Of a stretch of 64,000 bases of DNA, positions 26,053 to 39,340 are shown piece by piece. The first letter of the stretch is position 1. Every line of letters starts with the position of its first letter. Made by a program: the position numbers and the translations under genes. Below the pieces are notes generated by a model that was not told the origin of the DNA, did not search any database, and saw only the letters and a program-made list of their open reading frames with translations. The stretch is from the human T2T-CHM13v2.0 reference genome, Homo sapiens. The DNA is taken from assembly GCF_009914755.1 (NCBI RefSeq), contig NC_060942.1, one strand, 5' to 3'.

Positions 26053-29000
26053 AAATGGGGCTGAAGCCAAGTCCCCAGGGGCATGGGCTGCTTTTGAATC
26101 TATAGCCAGGACTACTGTCAGCAGGCCTATCACCAGGGCATGGGCCTGCCCTTTCAAAGTGGGCTTTCTTATTCTTGGGCTCCATCAGGGTTTCACAACC
26201 TCCTACCTGGATCCCAAGGCTCCCACAAAGGCACGTTTGTCCATGGGTGGCTGGAAAATTGTTGCTTCTGTAGGGGGATGATGGCTGGGGACCTCCTATT
26301 TCTCCATCTTTGTCTCTGTTAACTATTCTTTAAAAATGCCAAGATGTGGGGGCTTTGTTGTCTGTATTTTTTTGCTCTCTTAATTGCTCTGAAAAGAAAT
26401 AGTATGAAAATAATAAACTTCATTGGAACCAGAGCTAAGGACAGTTTGGCCTATCTCTACACAACTTGCATTGTGGAGTTCACAGCGTTGTTCATAAAAA
26501 TAAAAAACAAATAAGATCAAGGCTACCACTAAATTCAGCTATCACACTAAGAGCTCATTCTATTGAGGGAACTTTTATGTAATGGAAAAGCACCTTCAGC
26601 ATAGCCTTGGAGTGCGATCTCTACTCCTTGCAGTAGGTGAACATCATCTTTCTCAATGAGTATTCTAGAATCACAGAATTTGGATTACAGGAGAATCCTT
26701 AAAGGGCACCATGAATTTAAGGTCGTATGTGCTTTCAACTCAATTTCCAGTTAAACAATGCCCACACCCAGGGCTGTTCAGCTGAATCAGGAAGAGTGTT
26801 TAGAATCCATCTTTGAACTCAGCTTAGTCATGTGGACTCTCTGTCCCTGCTGAGGCTTCAGCTACATCGATGATTGTGCACCCCCCAGATACCCTTTTCA
26901 GTCACCTGGTATCATTCTATTTGTTTTAAAGTGGACAGCGTAGTTCTCAAAGTTAAATGACCCAACTCTATTCATTTGACTGTTCTGGGATTAGATTCTG
27001 GTCATGGCCCCTGGATTCTAACTACTTAGGTTTTTAATGCAGACCTTGTACTAAGCTGATAGTGCAATTCCTAGAGTATTTTATAACATTTCCATCTAAG
27101 AAGTCCATTTCCAGTGAGGTCAATGCCTTTAGTATTCATTGCTTAGCTCTAAACTTGTATGTAAATTGGAGATTAAAAAAATCCTTAATTTAAAATAGTG
27201 ATCTGGTAGACTCTATGCTTCTAAAATTTGTCCATGAATCCTCCTCTTTTATAGGTCCTCCTAGCAGGTAATATAAAGTGGAAAAACATGTATGTAAATT
27301 TTATACTGTGATACTCCCTGTTGCACAGTTTCTCCAATTTAAAATGACTTGATGCATGAGAGAAAGGAGAGCTAACATTTCATTTGTGCCTTTTCTCAGA
27401 TGATAGAATAGATACAAAAAGATCATCATAATAAGAACATCCATGAGAATGAAGCTGACTTATTTTTACAAACCTTACATAAACCTTGAATTTTCCAGGG
27501 AAACAGGGAGTCACAAAAAGGCAGTGAGGTTTTGAAGAACAAAAATCTAATGGCCTAATAAAGATATAAACAAAAATAATAAAATATTAACTTGGTTTCT
27601 TCATCTTTGAAGTAACCAAGTTGGATGTTGGGTCAGATTATACCTCTAATGTAATATAATTTTACATTTCTTTGTTCACTACCAACAATATATGCCATAA
27701 AAATGTCTAGTCGAGAGGTATCTTAAAGAACCACTGGAAACGAGATATAGAACTTTAGACTTAACCACCATGAATTCCATAAATAACTGTCAAAACCTAT
27801 ACACAGGTGATCTCTTTAATAAACTGAGAACTGAGAATTGTTTTTGATGAAAGTTTCGTGAGTCTCTGTAGCCCCGGGGTTCTGAGCCCATGAGTCGAAG
27901 GACTTTTTGACTTTACGTAATGCTGGAGCAATACCTTTAGAAGAGGACAAATCCATTTAAAATAAGCTCTCTGCAAATGCCACAGCCTGCATTTTCAACC
28001 TGTGGGCTGTCACACAGACATGACTGGGCCTCGTAGTATATGCCACCAGCAAAGTGCAGCACCTGTGAGGCACACACCTTCAGTTTATGTGAACCTGAAT
28101 CAGGCATGAGCATGCACACCCAGACGTGCAATGGAAATAGCAGCACAGCACCGCTGGGCTCTCACTAACCCCGCATATGGGAGTGACAGCTGTTACTTGT
28201 GCTTGGAGCAGATTCTCTAAGCATATGGTAACTGTGGTAAGGATAGTAATCTCTGCTCTAACAGTTGGTTTGGCATAAGGGATTATTGTTGGGAAGCATT
28301 TCTTCCTTTTTTAACTAAAAAATTGCAACTGGTATCACTATTTTTGATTTAAAGATATTTTCAGCCTCTGCCACTGTACCGTATCACACAACAATGCAGA
28401 AGTGTTCCATCAAGATTGTGCTGAACTTCATAAGAGCGATTTCATAAATATATGCACTTTTGAAAAAGGAGCCATAAAATGAAATTGTGGTTGTTCCAGA
28501 ACAATCTCTGTCAAGGGTGATGTTCACTCCCGAGCCTCTGATCACCATCCTCAATAATAACAATAAAATTGCCAACTGTGACCTCCTAACAGACTTGTGG
28601 TTTCCTGTTATTGCTAATGTTCTGTCTGTGGAAGGCAGACGCAGTTTCTCTCAGGTGCACCATTAAATTAGGTGACAGAGTGCTACTGCGTGACTGGTAA
28701 CATATTGAAGGGAAGATCAAGGAATGCTGCAAGATGGCCCAGGGAGATGTATCAGAAACGAACCCTTTCATTTTCCAAGCATGAAGCTCCTATCAGAGAC
28801 TGTTGTGAATGCCCATGAAAATCATAATTTATCATTTAGGGTGCTTCTGAGATAAATCTTATCACAGATTTTTCTTCATTTTCTTTCTCCTCCAACATTA
28901 TCAAGATTACCAAGGATGATGTTGGGATAAGAAGATTGCTGACACCAAAGAGTGAAAATCTATGCTTTCAGGTTGTCTTTACTAAGCACAAAAGCCCTCA

Positions 29001-30379
29001 GAAAGAATAAATTAGGCTAACTTATTAGCCTAATTTAGCTGGAGACACATTGACAGCAAACTGAATCTTGAAGTTTCTCAGTGGAATATATGGGGTCATA
29101 TATTCTACCGTGAACAGCATTGGAGATTTTAACAGGACAAAGAAAATCCTCTGATTACTTATGCTCTGTTCTACTTGATCCAATGATGTCCTCTGTACAT
29201 GGTTGTGTTCCAGGACCCAGATGTAGAGGACAGGGCAGAACTGTACTCTCTGAGCTTTTTACCCTCAGTTTTCTATGAAAGCCTAGCTTTTCTACATTAC
29301 CGAGCTTCATGATTTTTTTTTAACTTCTCTTGAAATATAAATCCAATTTTCACTTAATAGGGCCTTCTACTGTTTTTTCATTTGCATTCTCTTCCTTGAA
29401 GATTGTATTCACTTTTGTTACTGTAACTATCACATCCACGTGAGTGGCTCCCAAATCCATCCCTGGGCTCACTTTCTACTCTTCCAGGCCTGTCTCCCAC
29501 CAAAGCTCTTTCACCGAACTTGACTGGTGAAAACTACCAAAAGTTTTATGTTTCTAGGCTCCATGATGCTCCTTCAGTCTTCAGCGTCATTTCCTGGTTC
29601 CTTTCTTGTTAGAAATTCTGCCTATCTTTAAGCACAACAGTATTATGGAACCTGTATCACCCAGTTCAGTTGATATTAAAAATATGTTTTAATCAGCGTT
29701 ACATGGTGTCTATTGCTAGTCTGAGCTAATGCAAGCCTGTATGTTGCTGGGCAGCACTGTTGAATGTCAGCTCTGCATATCACACGTCTTGACATTTGTG
29801 TTTACAAGTCTGTCTCTCCCACCAGACTTGTCATGCTGAAAGTTTCCTGATGTCTAGGCCTCATTCACATGTTAAATCTTGATCATGTTCACGGTGCATA
29901 GGTACTTAAACGGCCGTTTGAATTCTAGTGAGTGAATAATATTTCTTGATTCTATGGCTTTGTTTCTGTCATTCGAGCCTTATTTCACATTTACTGTTTA
30001 TATATTGTATTCCTATGTTGATTTATATTGACCCTTTTCCATATGGACTAATGTCAAATGTCTATTTTGGTAGCTTAATATTCCATATTTCAAGCTGTTA
30101 TTCCTCCTTAAAAGGATAATATTGAATGATAATTACAACATCTGATCAATTTCCTATTATTCTGAAATCTGACATCCAAATTCTAGATAAAAATCTTTTA
30201 TATCTCTGTGTTAAATGGAATAAGCCAAGAGTGAAACTCTGAAATATTTCTAAAACATTTTTTTCTTTCTCTTTTAAAACATTTCTATATCAACCCACTG
30301 ATTAAGATTTTTATGGCAGGCTGTACACCCTGCTATGTGTATATGTAACTCTATTGACTCTAGTATATATTTATCAATA

Positions 30380-30701
30380 CAGGTTGAGTATCCCTTATGT
30401 GAAATGCTTGGGACCAGAAGTGTTTTGGATTTCAGATTCTGGAATATTTGCATATATATAATGAGGTATCTTAGGGATGGTACCCATGGCTAAGCATAAA
30501 ACTCATTTATGTTTCATATATACCTTATAAACATAGTCTAAAGGTAATTTTATACAATAGTTTTATTAATTTTGTGCATAAAAATTGTGTTAAGTACTTA
30601 CATGTGGAATTTTCTGCTTGTGGTATCATGTCAGATTTCTAAGGCTTTGAAGTTTGAAGCATTTTGGATTTCAGATTTTCAGATTAGGGATGCTCAATCA
30701 G
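30380..30701. mobile_element. Tigger4 (Zombi/MER46-type) non-autonomous DNA transposon
   Basis: Terminal inverted repeats CAGGTTGAGTATCCCT and AGGGATGCTCAATCAG, TA on both flanks. Confidence 0.88.
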
Positions 30702-30909
30702 TATATTACAAAAAATCTTTTTCACGTGTCCTATGGGAATTGAGACACAGCATGTCTATATGTTCAAATCTTGAGCTTATAAATATAGTTATTATAAGAT
30801 TATTGAAGAGAGGAGTCTGAGATAACTGGGCATGGCTGGCATGTCTTCTTCCTTGAGGCTCTGCAACCATCTGTCATTGTTTGATTCTGGAGCATATTTC
30901 CTGGGGCTT

Positions 30910-31512
30910 TGCATTACGGTTCTGCAAAGAAACAGAACCAATAGGATATACAGATCTATAAGAGGAAATTAATTATGGGACTTGGCTCATGGAATTATGG
31001 ATGCCAAGAATTCCCACAACATGACATCTGCATGAGAACTAGGAATTCTGTGGCGTAATTCAGTCCGAGTCCCAAGAGCTGAGAAGGAAGGGAGCTGATG
31101 GTGTCACTCCCAGACAGAGACCAAAACCTGAGAATGGGGGTGGGAGGGAGGTTGGTGTGTAAAGGGATGGGGGAAGGGTGTGAGGTTGTTGGTGTAATTT
31201 CAAGGCCTGAAGTCTGAAGGCCTGAAACCAAGAGCTTGGAGGTTCAAGGGCAGGAGGATAGATGTTCCAGCATAAGGAGAGAGTGAATTCACACTTCTTC
31301 TGCCTTATTTTTCTATGCTGGCCTTCCATGGATCGAATGCTGCCCACCATCTTGGTACCCAGTAGGTAGGTGTCATTCAGTCCTTTACTAGTCTACTGAT
31401 TCAAATGCTAATCTCTCCCAGAAACACCTTCATGGACACACCCAGAATTCATGTTTTACCAGCTCTCAGGGCATTCCTTAGCCCAGTCCGATTGACATAT
31501 AACATTGACCAT
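30910..31512 (-). mobile_element. MLT2B-type ERVL LTR
   Basis: GGTTCTGCAAAGAAACAGAACCAATAGGATAT...TGATTCAAATGCTAATCTC...CCCAGTCCGATTGACATATAACATTGACCAT. Confidence 0.85.
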
Positions 31513-34500
31513 AAAATAACAGACCCTTTAGATATAAGACCACTGGCCCCAGTTGTCACCATGATAGATACTTGAAAATATTAATTTCCCAAGCAGAGAA
31601 CATGGATATCACATATAAGACTTAAGGGTTAATACCGAGAAGATAAATGCAAGGAGTTGGTGAGTTGAGATTGAGCGTAGACAGCAAGTCCAGCAGGTGT
31701 AAACAAGAGCAGCTCGTTCTGAGAAAGTTTCTTCATAAGTGGATCATGTGAGAAGTGATCATTGTCATCTCCTGACCATATATATGCCATGCATATCCAT
31801 GACCCAACCTTTCTTTAATGGACAGTCCATGATTCTCCATTGTCCATTTGGACTGAAATTGAACATTTGCACACTCTTTTTTGAGACGGCCCCTCCATTA
31901 GAATCATATAGCACTTTCAATTCTTAGCCATCTTTTCTCCCAGAAAATGAAAATGACATGTGTATAACAAATTCAACTATGGGCTTCCTGGAGTCCCTGT
32001 GCACTCACATATTCATACCTGTTCTTGCCTTCTAGGGCACCATGCCAGTTTTTCATACCTTGCACCAGAGCTTTAGATTGCAGAAGTCACCTTGTTTAGC
32101 AAGTTCTAATACATTGCACAGAGTGTTCAATTAGGCCCACTTTATTTGATTTTATTTTTAATTCTGAAAAAGAACCTTAAACATGACCCTCAAAAAAGTG
32201 TCTTAACCTTTAGAAAACATGTCTAGAAGCAGAGGAAATTAAGGCATCCACAGGATTCCCTTGAGCAACAATGGAAGCCTCAACTGTGAAAACTCTGACA
32301 GCTCTTCCTGGTTACCATGGTGAGAGAAGGCTTTCTTGTTCATAGGCCATTAACAGGATGCTCATGTTCTTCAAGGTTTTATATTAATTGTTTGGTGTAC
32401 CTTCCTCTCCTCCTACATAATGTAAATGTGTTGAACCAGGGCATAAACCTTACCTAAGGAATGGTGAGCTGAGCCTTTAAGATGAACAAGACTTCTCCTT
32501 CCACTTATCTAAATTCTGTGTGTACAGTAAATGTGCTATGCATCATTATTCCATCTCTAGTATATGTTTACAAGCACCTCCAACCATTTCCAATATTTCC
32601 TTTTAAAATAATATGTATCCTGTGGCCTGACTTGCAATACAAAACCATAGAATTAATGCTGCCTGACTGTGGAAGCTTTGTATGTGATGGATAAGGCACT
32701 TAGAACTGATGTACCTTGCACCTTCATTTCAAAGCAATACTTCTGTTTCATAAAACACATTTACTATGCAAAACCAGTTTTTACATCCTGATTTTTCATT
32801 GCTATTTGGGATATCCTATGAACATTAAACAATTCTTATCTTTCTTTTTTCTCAGCCGCTGATAATTATTTCACTTTCTCTCCCTAAAGTCTACCCTAAC
32901 ATCTTTTGAACAAGTGCTCCTTTTTTGATATCACCTTTGTATGAGTACATGAAAAAAATCCCGATCATATCCTATAGTAATTTCTTTTCTTTAGTCTTAT
33001 CATTTGTTAAGTGAAAAGTAATGAGAGGGCATTAATAATAAAGGCAATATTGAAATGAGCAGAACGAATTGGGCTACAATTATATTGTTACCACACAACT
33101 GTGTTTCTTCTATTTTCCCATTGAGGCACAGTAAGTATTTCTGGAAGAAAAAAAAAAGAGATAACACTTTACATAGAATTTATAGGTGTCTGTTATAACC
33201 TCTGGATTCCAAAGCTGAGGATTACTTACCATATGATGATCTGCTCAATAAATGAGAAAAAGACCTAAATTCATAGCTCCTGGGAATCCCTGGGCAGTTG
33301 GGTAAGATAATTTCAGCAGAGAGTTTGGCTTTAATAGAAGCTATTTGTTAGTGATTAAAGGAAATTTAACTGTAAAACCTTATCTGAAGTTATGGTTCTT
33401 AACAACTAATGACCTACTCTGTAACCAAGGATAAACTACTGTTATAGGTAGAATATCTTATAATTTCAAAAGGAACTCATTAATAACCATGTACCCAGTG
33501 GATTGTGTCAGAATGCAAAGAAAAAAGAGGGTATATAAATTCTATTGATTGTTGAGACCAATATTTATCGTCAATAATTTTCTCATTTTTCCTGTAATAA
33601 TACAACATCTGTTTCTGTTATTAAGTTTAATGTTGAATAATAGAACATTAAATAATGTTAAATATAATAGAACATCAAATAATGGTAATGTTAATAGCTT
33701 AACATTAAATAATAATGTTTGTTAAAGCTTATGTTAATTGAATCTTAGGGTGAAATAAGATCTTTATATTATAATACAGTGGAAATATATAGGCACCAAA
33801 GGGTCATCTTGGTCCTAGAGTTTCTTTTTTAAAAAAAATTTCACCATTGATCAATCCTATAGTTTCTGTAGGAATACTGTTCACTAGTATTTCAAGAAAA
33901 AAAATCAAAGCTTTATGGGGATGTTCTCAATGTTATCCAGAAAGCTTAACTCCAAAAATTGAACAATGTAACAACAAAAACAACAACAGCAACACCAATA
34001 ACAAAATAACATAAGCTAACCCAACAAATCAGAAAGAGTAGTGAGTGCATATGTTTTCTTGAAGAAATTGAGCAAAAAGCCTTCCTTGTAGAATATAAAG
34101 TGCAGAATGATTGTTAATCTTGATAATCTGCTCAAAGGAAAGTAGTCTTCAGAGGCTAATATTTCACATTAAGGGAAAGCAGGCTGCTAGAAGCAAGGGC
34201 AGAGAAAATCCTTTAACATGATATTCACTTTGGAATACAATTTATATAAAACATCTTAAGATGGGTATGCTATTTGAGTTACAGTGAACAAATTTTAATT
34301 GGAGATGGAGCAATTAATTATAATCAATAAACTCTATGATACATTATCTAAGATATCAAAGAAGTAATTTAATTAAAAAATTTATTGAACACTTGGCTGA
34401 GATTTGTGAAAAATGCAAAAAAGACAATGCATCTTCTCTTCTCTTAGGCAACCCACTCTCTGAAGAAAGAAACTTGCTGGAATGGCAAGTACTGCTCCTA

Positions 34501-34797
34501 AAGGAAACAAATGGGACTAGAGAAGAAAGTTAATTATCATTCATTTCTGTGCGAAATTGGGGTTGCTTCTACATGGAGAAACATTCAATTATATTGGGTA
34601 TCATTTGCCTACGTGTGAACTATAAGAGTCATTGATGACTTGTTAACAACGAAAAAGCATTTATTATTACTTTCTCAGTGGTCTGAGACAGAAAGTTAAT
34701 TCAAACTTCCCTAAGCAAAAGGGATATGAGCATAATGGTTCTGGAAATGAAACACTGATATGATTTTTACAGTTTGAAGTTTCAGGCAAACCAAGAG

Positions 34798-34980
34798 TCC
34801 CTTCCCCTTCCTCTTCTCTTTCCCCTTTGCCTCCCCTCCCCTCCCCTCTCCTTGCCCTCCCCTCCCCTTTTTCCTTTCCTTCCCTTTCTCCTTTCCTTTC
34901 CTCTCTTTTCCTCTTTCCTTTCCTTTCCTTTCTTCTTTCTTCTTTCCTTTTCTTTCTTTTTCTTCTCCTTCTCCCACTTT
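34798..34980. repeat. Pyrimidine-rich low-complexity tract
   Basis: Directly visible. Confidence 0.93.
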
Positions 34981-36040
34981 CATGTGTGAAATTCTGACTT
35001 AAGGAGGTGGAGTACATTTATTTTGCTCTCTCTTGTGTAGGGTTAGCCCTGACCAAACCTAATCGGCCGAGCAGTATTTTTGAAGAGTGAGAGAAAGGAT
35101 TGTTTCCCAAAGGAAGTGACTTAGGTAGATAGATACATGTCTACTTAAGTATACCAACATTTAATTGATTAACTGGAAGAAAGAAACAGAAAACTTTGGT
35201 GATTTTTTTTACTAAGTAGAAGATGGTATTAACAGAAAATAAAGAAAATATTTTAATTTCTTCTTCTGGGTTGAAGGTCATGAAACCAAGCAGAAAGGAC
35301 AACAAGAAAAGTGAATACCTGAACACACAGATGATTTTAAAGAATAAGATTTTATAATTTATTTATTGTAGGTCTGTGATTTCTTAAGTGTGTTTCTTAT
35401 GTGTGATATGATAAAAGTATTCCATGGGCAAATAAATATGTTCAGCATTGCCTATTACATCCTTTTCTTCATGATTTTCAATATATGCCTGTATACAAAA
35501 GGCTGAAGTGTTTGAAAGTAAATAAGCCTATTTTACTTTGTTTAAAAATATTATTTATTCTATTTTACCACGGATTTTTAAAAACATCCCCACTATGAAA
35601 ATTCCAAACACTGGCTTTAGAAATGAAGAGTCCTAATCCTTATCAAGAGACCTAGAAATGGTAATTTGAACAGAAATGAGAAAGGTTAAAACTACTAGGT
35701 AAAACCAGGTGTCGTGATGTACAGAAGGTATAATTTAGAAAAATTATTAGCTATCAGGAAGTGGCAATGAGGAATTGACAGGCACTCGATTATCTTTGGA
35801 AACTGTGGGATGTTTTTACATCAGCAAATAGGATATGAATAATCAAATATAGGATTGGATAAATATGATCTTAAGCAGATTATTAAACATAGGATTTCTG
35901 TGTAATTATTGAAAAAAATATGACCACTCTGAAGTGTGTTGGAGTTACCCAATAGTAGTCTCTCCAAATTAAGCTTATTTATTATATAGATCAATGAAGG
36001 GTTGTAAACAGTGTCTCTGTTTATATTTTAGTAAGGCATG

Positions 36041-36515
36041 TGTTATGGACTGAATTGTGTCTGCCTCAGAAAAGATCTGTTGATGTCATAGCCTCCAGTA
36101 CCTCAGAATGTGACCTTATTTGGAAACAGAGTCTTTACACAGGTAATTAAGTTAAAAGGAGGTAGTTAGGGTGGGCCGTAATCCAATATAACTGATGGTC
36201 CTTATGAAAGGGGAAATTGGGGGCACATACAGACGTGCACAGAAGGGAAACGATGTACAGGTATAGGAAGAAGTCAGCCAAGTGACTGCACTGAAGCATC
36301 TACATGCCGAGGAATGTCAAGGATTGCCTGCAAACACTGGAAGCTAGACGAGGCAAGGAAAGATGCTTCTCTAAAACTGTCGGAGAGAGCATGACCCTGC
36401 CAGCACCTTCATTTTGGACTTCTAACCACCGGCACTAATAAGAAAATAAATGTATGTTGATTTAAGCTGCTCAATTTTTGGTATTTTGATACGGCAGCTC
36501 TAGGAAATGAATACA
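36041..36515 (+). mobile_element. MLT1C-type solo LTR, complete
   Basis: TG...CA termini (TGTTATGGACTGAATTGTGT...GGAAATGAATACA); perfect 5-bp TSD GCATG at 36036-36040 and 36516-36520. Confidence 0.92.
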
Positions 36516-36836
36516 GCATGCAACAAGGTCATAATAGCAAAGTCTTTCACCCTCTTATTATGTGGCAGTCATATTTTATTTGCCATATTCTTCCCTCTAT
36601 CAACTATTTGTAGAAGGTAGTAATTAGCAATCTCAGCAACTGGAAACTTGTATTTGTTTTCTCGATGACGCCCTGAGCAGTTACCAGTATCTAGTCAGCA
36701 CCCAACCAACACCTCTTGGTTCCTGAGGTCATATTTTAACAAAGGCAGGTCTCCTGTTAGCCGTTGGCTTGTCCAATCTAATATAACAAGTGCATCTCAC
36801 CTTCACAAATGACCTCACACCAATGTGCTTGGGTAA

Positions 36837-37171
<335 letters not shown>

Positions 37172-37789
37172 AAGAATTCTTTTAAAAACACTCGATAGCC
37201 TGGGGATTCATCCAAAACAAATGATTCTAAATTTAGTAAGGATGAATATGAAGAACTTTATCTGAGTCCTAAAAGTAAGTGCTGGAAGTCACGTCTCAAC
37301 TGTTTCTTTTCATCATGATTCTCTGCTGGGAAGTCGTACTTGTCTTTAAAGTCCCACAGCTTTTGGCCTCATCCTCTGTGGAGCTACCACTGGCTCCGCA
37401 GGTGGACAGGGACTCCTGCTCCTGTGAGTGAGCTGGGCTTGGTGCCTAAGTACCCTACAAAGACAATCGCACTGTGCTACCCCGTGTGTCTCTCTTTTCA
37501 CCACACTGCACACGTGCCTTATTTTTCTACTCTACCACATCCAGGACCATAGTGGGCACATTTTTGTACATTTTTGAAATGTTGAACTAAAATCCTTTTA
37601 GTCAAAATGGAGAGATTTTGACAGCATAGATATTGATAGTTCTGTCGAGACAAAGTGCCAAGCAGCAATTCATTATTATTACCAGGTCAATTCTGTTATT
37701 CATTTTTAAATTATAAAAGAATATTATTATATTCATGCTGTGCTTCCAGAGAAAGCTCCAGAGATTTCAAGATTTGCTAAAAAGCTACA

Positions 37790-39340
37790 ATAATCAAAAG
37801 AGAATTATCAATGTAAGATTAGACATACAAATCAATAGAACAGAATATAAAATCCAGAAATATATCCAGACACATGTAGTCAGAGTTGATTTTTGACAAA
37901 GTTCCAAGGTAATTCAAATAGGAAATAGTCATTTTTACAATGGTGTAACAACTAATTATAATGGGACAAATAAAACATCAACCCTTACCTCACACCACAG
38001 GCAAGATTTGAATTCAAATACATGATAGATCAAAATATAAGAGCTAAAACTACAAACCACCTACTAGAAAAAATATATTTGCAAACTTGGTTTAGGTAAA
38101 GGTTTCTTAGAATGCACACTGGTATGCTGGACAAAATAATTTCCTCCCCTCCACAAGTTGTACACATTTTTATCCCCAGAACTTCTAAATATGTTACCAT
38201 ACATGGCAAAAGGAACTTTTGTAGATGTGATTACATTAAGAATTTTGAGATGGGAGACATTATTTTTGATTATCCAGATGGGCTTAATGTAATCATAGAA
38301 ATCCTTAAAAGCAGGAGGACATGTGACTGAAAAAGAACAGTCAGCAAGATATCAAGTTGCTGGCTTTGAAGATAGAGGAAGGGGACCATGAACCAAGGAA
38401 TGCTGGCCACTTCTGGAAGCAGAAAGAGTCCCTAGAGCCTTCAGAAAGAAACACAGCCCTGCCAACACCTTGATTTTAGAACACTGAGGCCATGCCAAAT
38501 GTCTAACCTATAGAACTGTCACATGACACATTTATGCTGTTGTAAGCCACTATGTTTCTGGTCATTTGTTACCGCAGCAAAAGTAAACTAACACTATTGG
38601 TCTTTCTCACAGTGAAAAAATGCTCTTTGGAAGACATCATTAAGGCAATGGAAAAACAAGTTACAGACTGTAAGAACATATTTGGAATACACTTACTTGA
38701 TAAAGGACTTGGTTCTAAAATATAGCTATACTGTATATACATCATTTATATATCTTTATCTATATATATCTTTGTCCATGTCCACATATACAATTCAATA
38801 ATATGACAAACAGCATAATTGAAAATGAGCAAAAGATTTCAATAGTTCATTAAATAAGACACATAAGTGGCTAGTAAGTACATTTTACTATCATCTGGTC
38901 ATTAGGGAAATGAAAATTTTACAAAAAAACACAGTTTGCCGCTATTCACTCACTTAAATAGCTAAAATTCTTAAACTGACAATCCAAATTGGAGGTGAGG
39001 CTATGAAGGAAATGGAACTCCCATTTCTTGTTGTTTGGAACTTTAAACACCTAAATATTCATGAAATGCCAAATGGATAAACAAATTGTGGCACATCCAT
39101 ACAATGGAACACTACTCAACAATAAAAAGAGCAAAGTACAGATAACGATATGGGAGAATCGCAAAACCTACGCTGAAGTAGCTAGACATGAAAGAGTACA
39201 TCCTGTATAATTGCATCATATGAAACTGTAGAGAGGACAAATCAAATCTGTAGTTACAGAATGCAGATCAGTGTTTTCCTGGCGTCTGAAGAAGTTCTTC
39301 TGATTTTGGTGGTAGTTAGACTTGAGCATACAATTTCCTG
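37790..39340 (+). mobile_element. Old L1M (L1MC/ME-type) ORF2/3' fragments interrupted by an LTR
   Basis: AATCAATAGAACAGAATA..ATCCAGAAAT, TTGATTTTTGACAAAG, AATGGATAAACAAATTGTGGCACATCCATACAATGGAACACTACTCA. Confidence 0.75.
38120..38594 (+). mobile_element. MLT1D-type LTR
   Basis: ATATGTTACCATACATGGCAAAAGGAACTTTTGTAGATGTGATTA...TTTGTTACCGCAGCAAAAGTAAACTAACAC. Confidence 0.82.

Larger units (their letters stand above)
20695..26310 (-). mobile_element. Old L1MA (L1MA8/9-like), internally deleted, hosting nested insertions
   Basis: 3' end from ~20695, decayed ORF2 to ~23515 (ORF-track remnants ELPFDPPIPLL, KWKGIPCSWTERINI), ORF1-like pieces 23517-23580 and 24567-24723, 5'UTR-like end 26060-26310; assigning all pieces to one element is inference. 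Confidence 0.75.

Noticed and set aside
24601-26322. Cluster of overlapping ORFs and possible CpG island
   Set aside because: GC-rich LTR has few stops; CpGs are depleted and no protein motif is recognisable
33224-33262. Possible minus-strand 11-nt microexon (CAG|ATCATCATATG|GTAAGT)
   Set aside because: Frame-shifting length, competing AG nearby and no supporting exons; expected by chance
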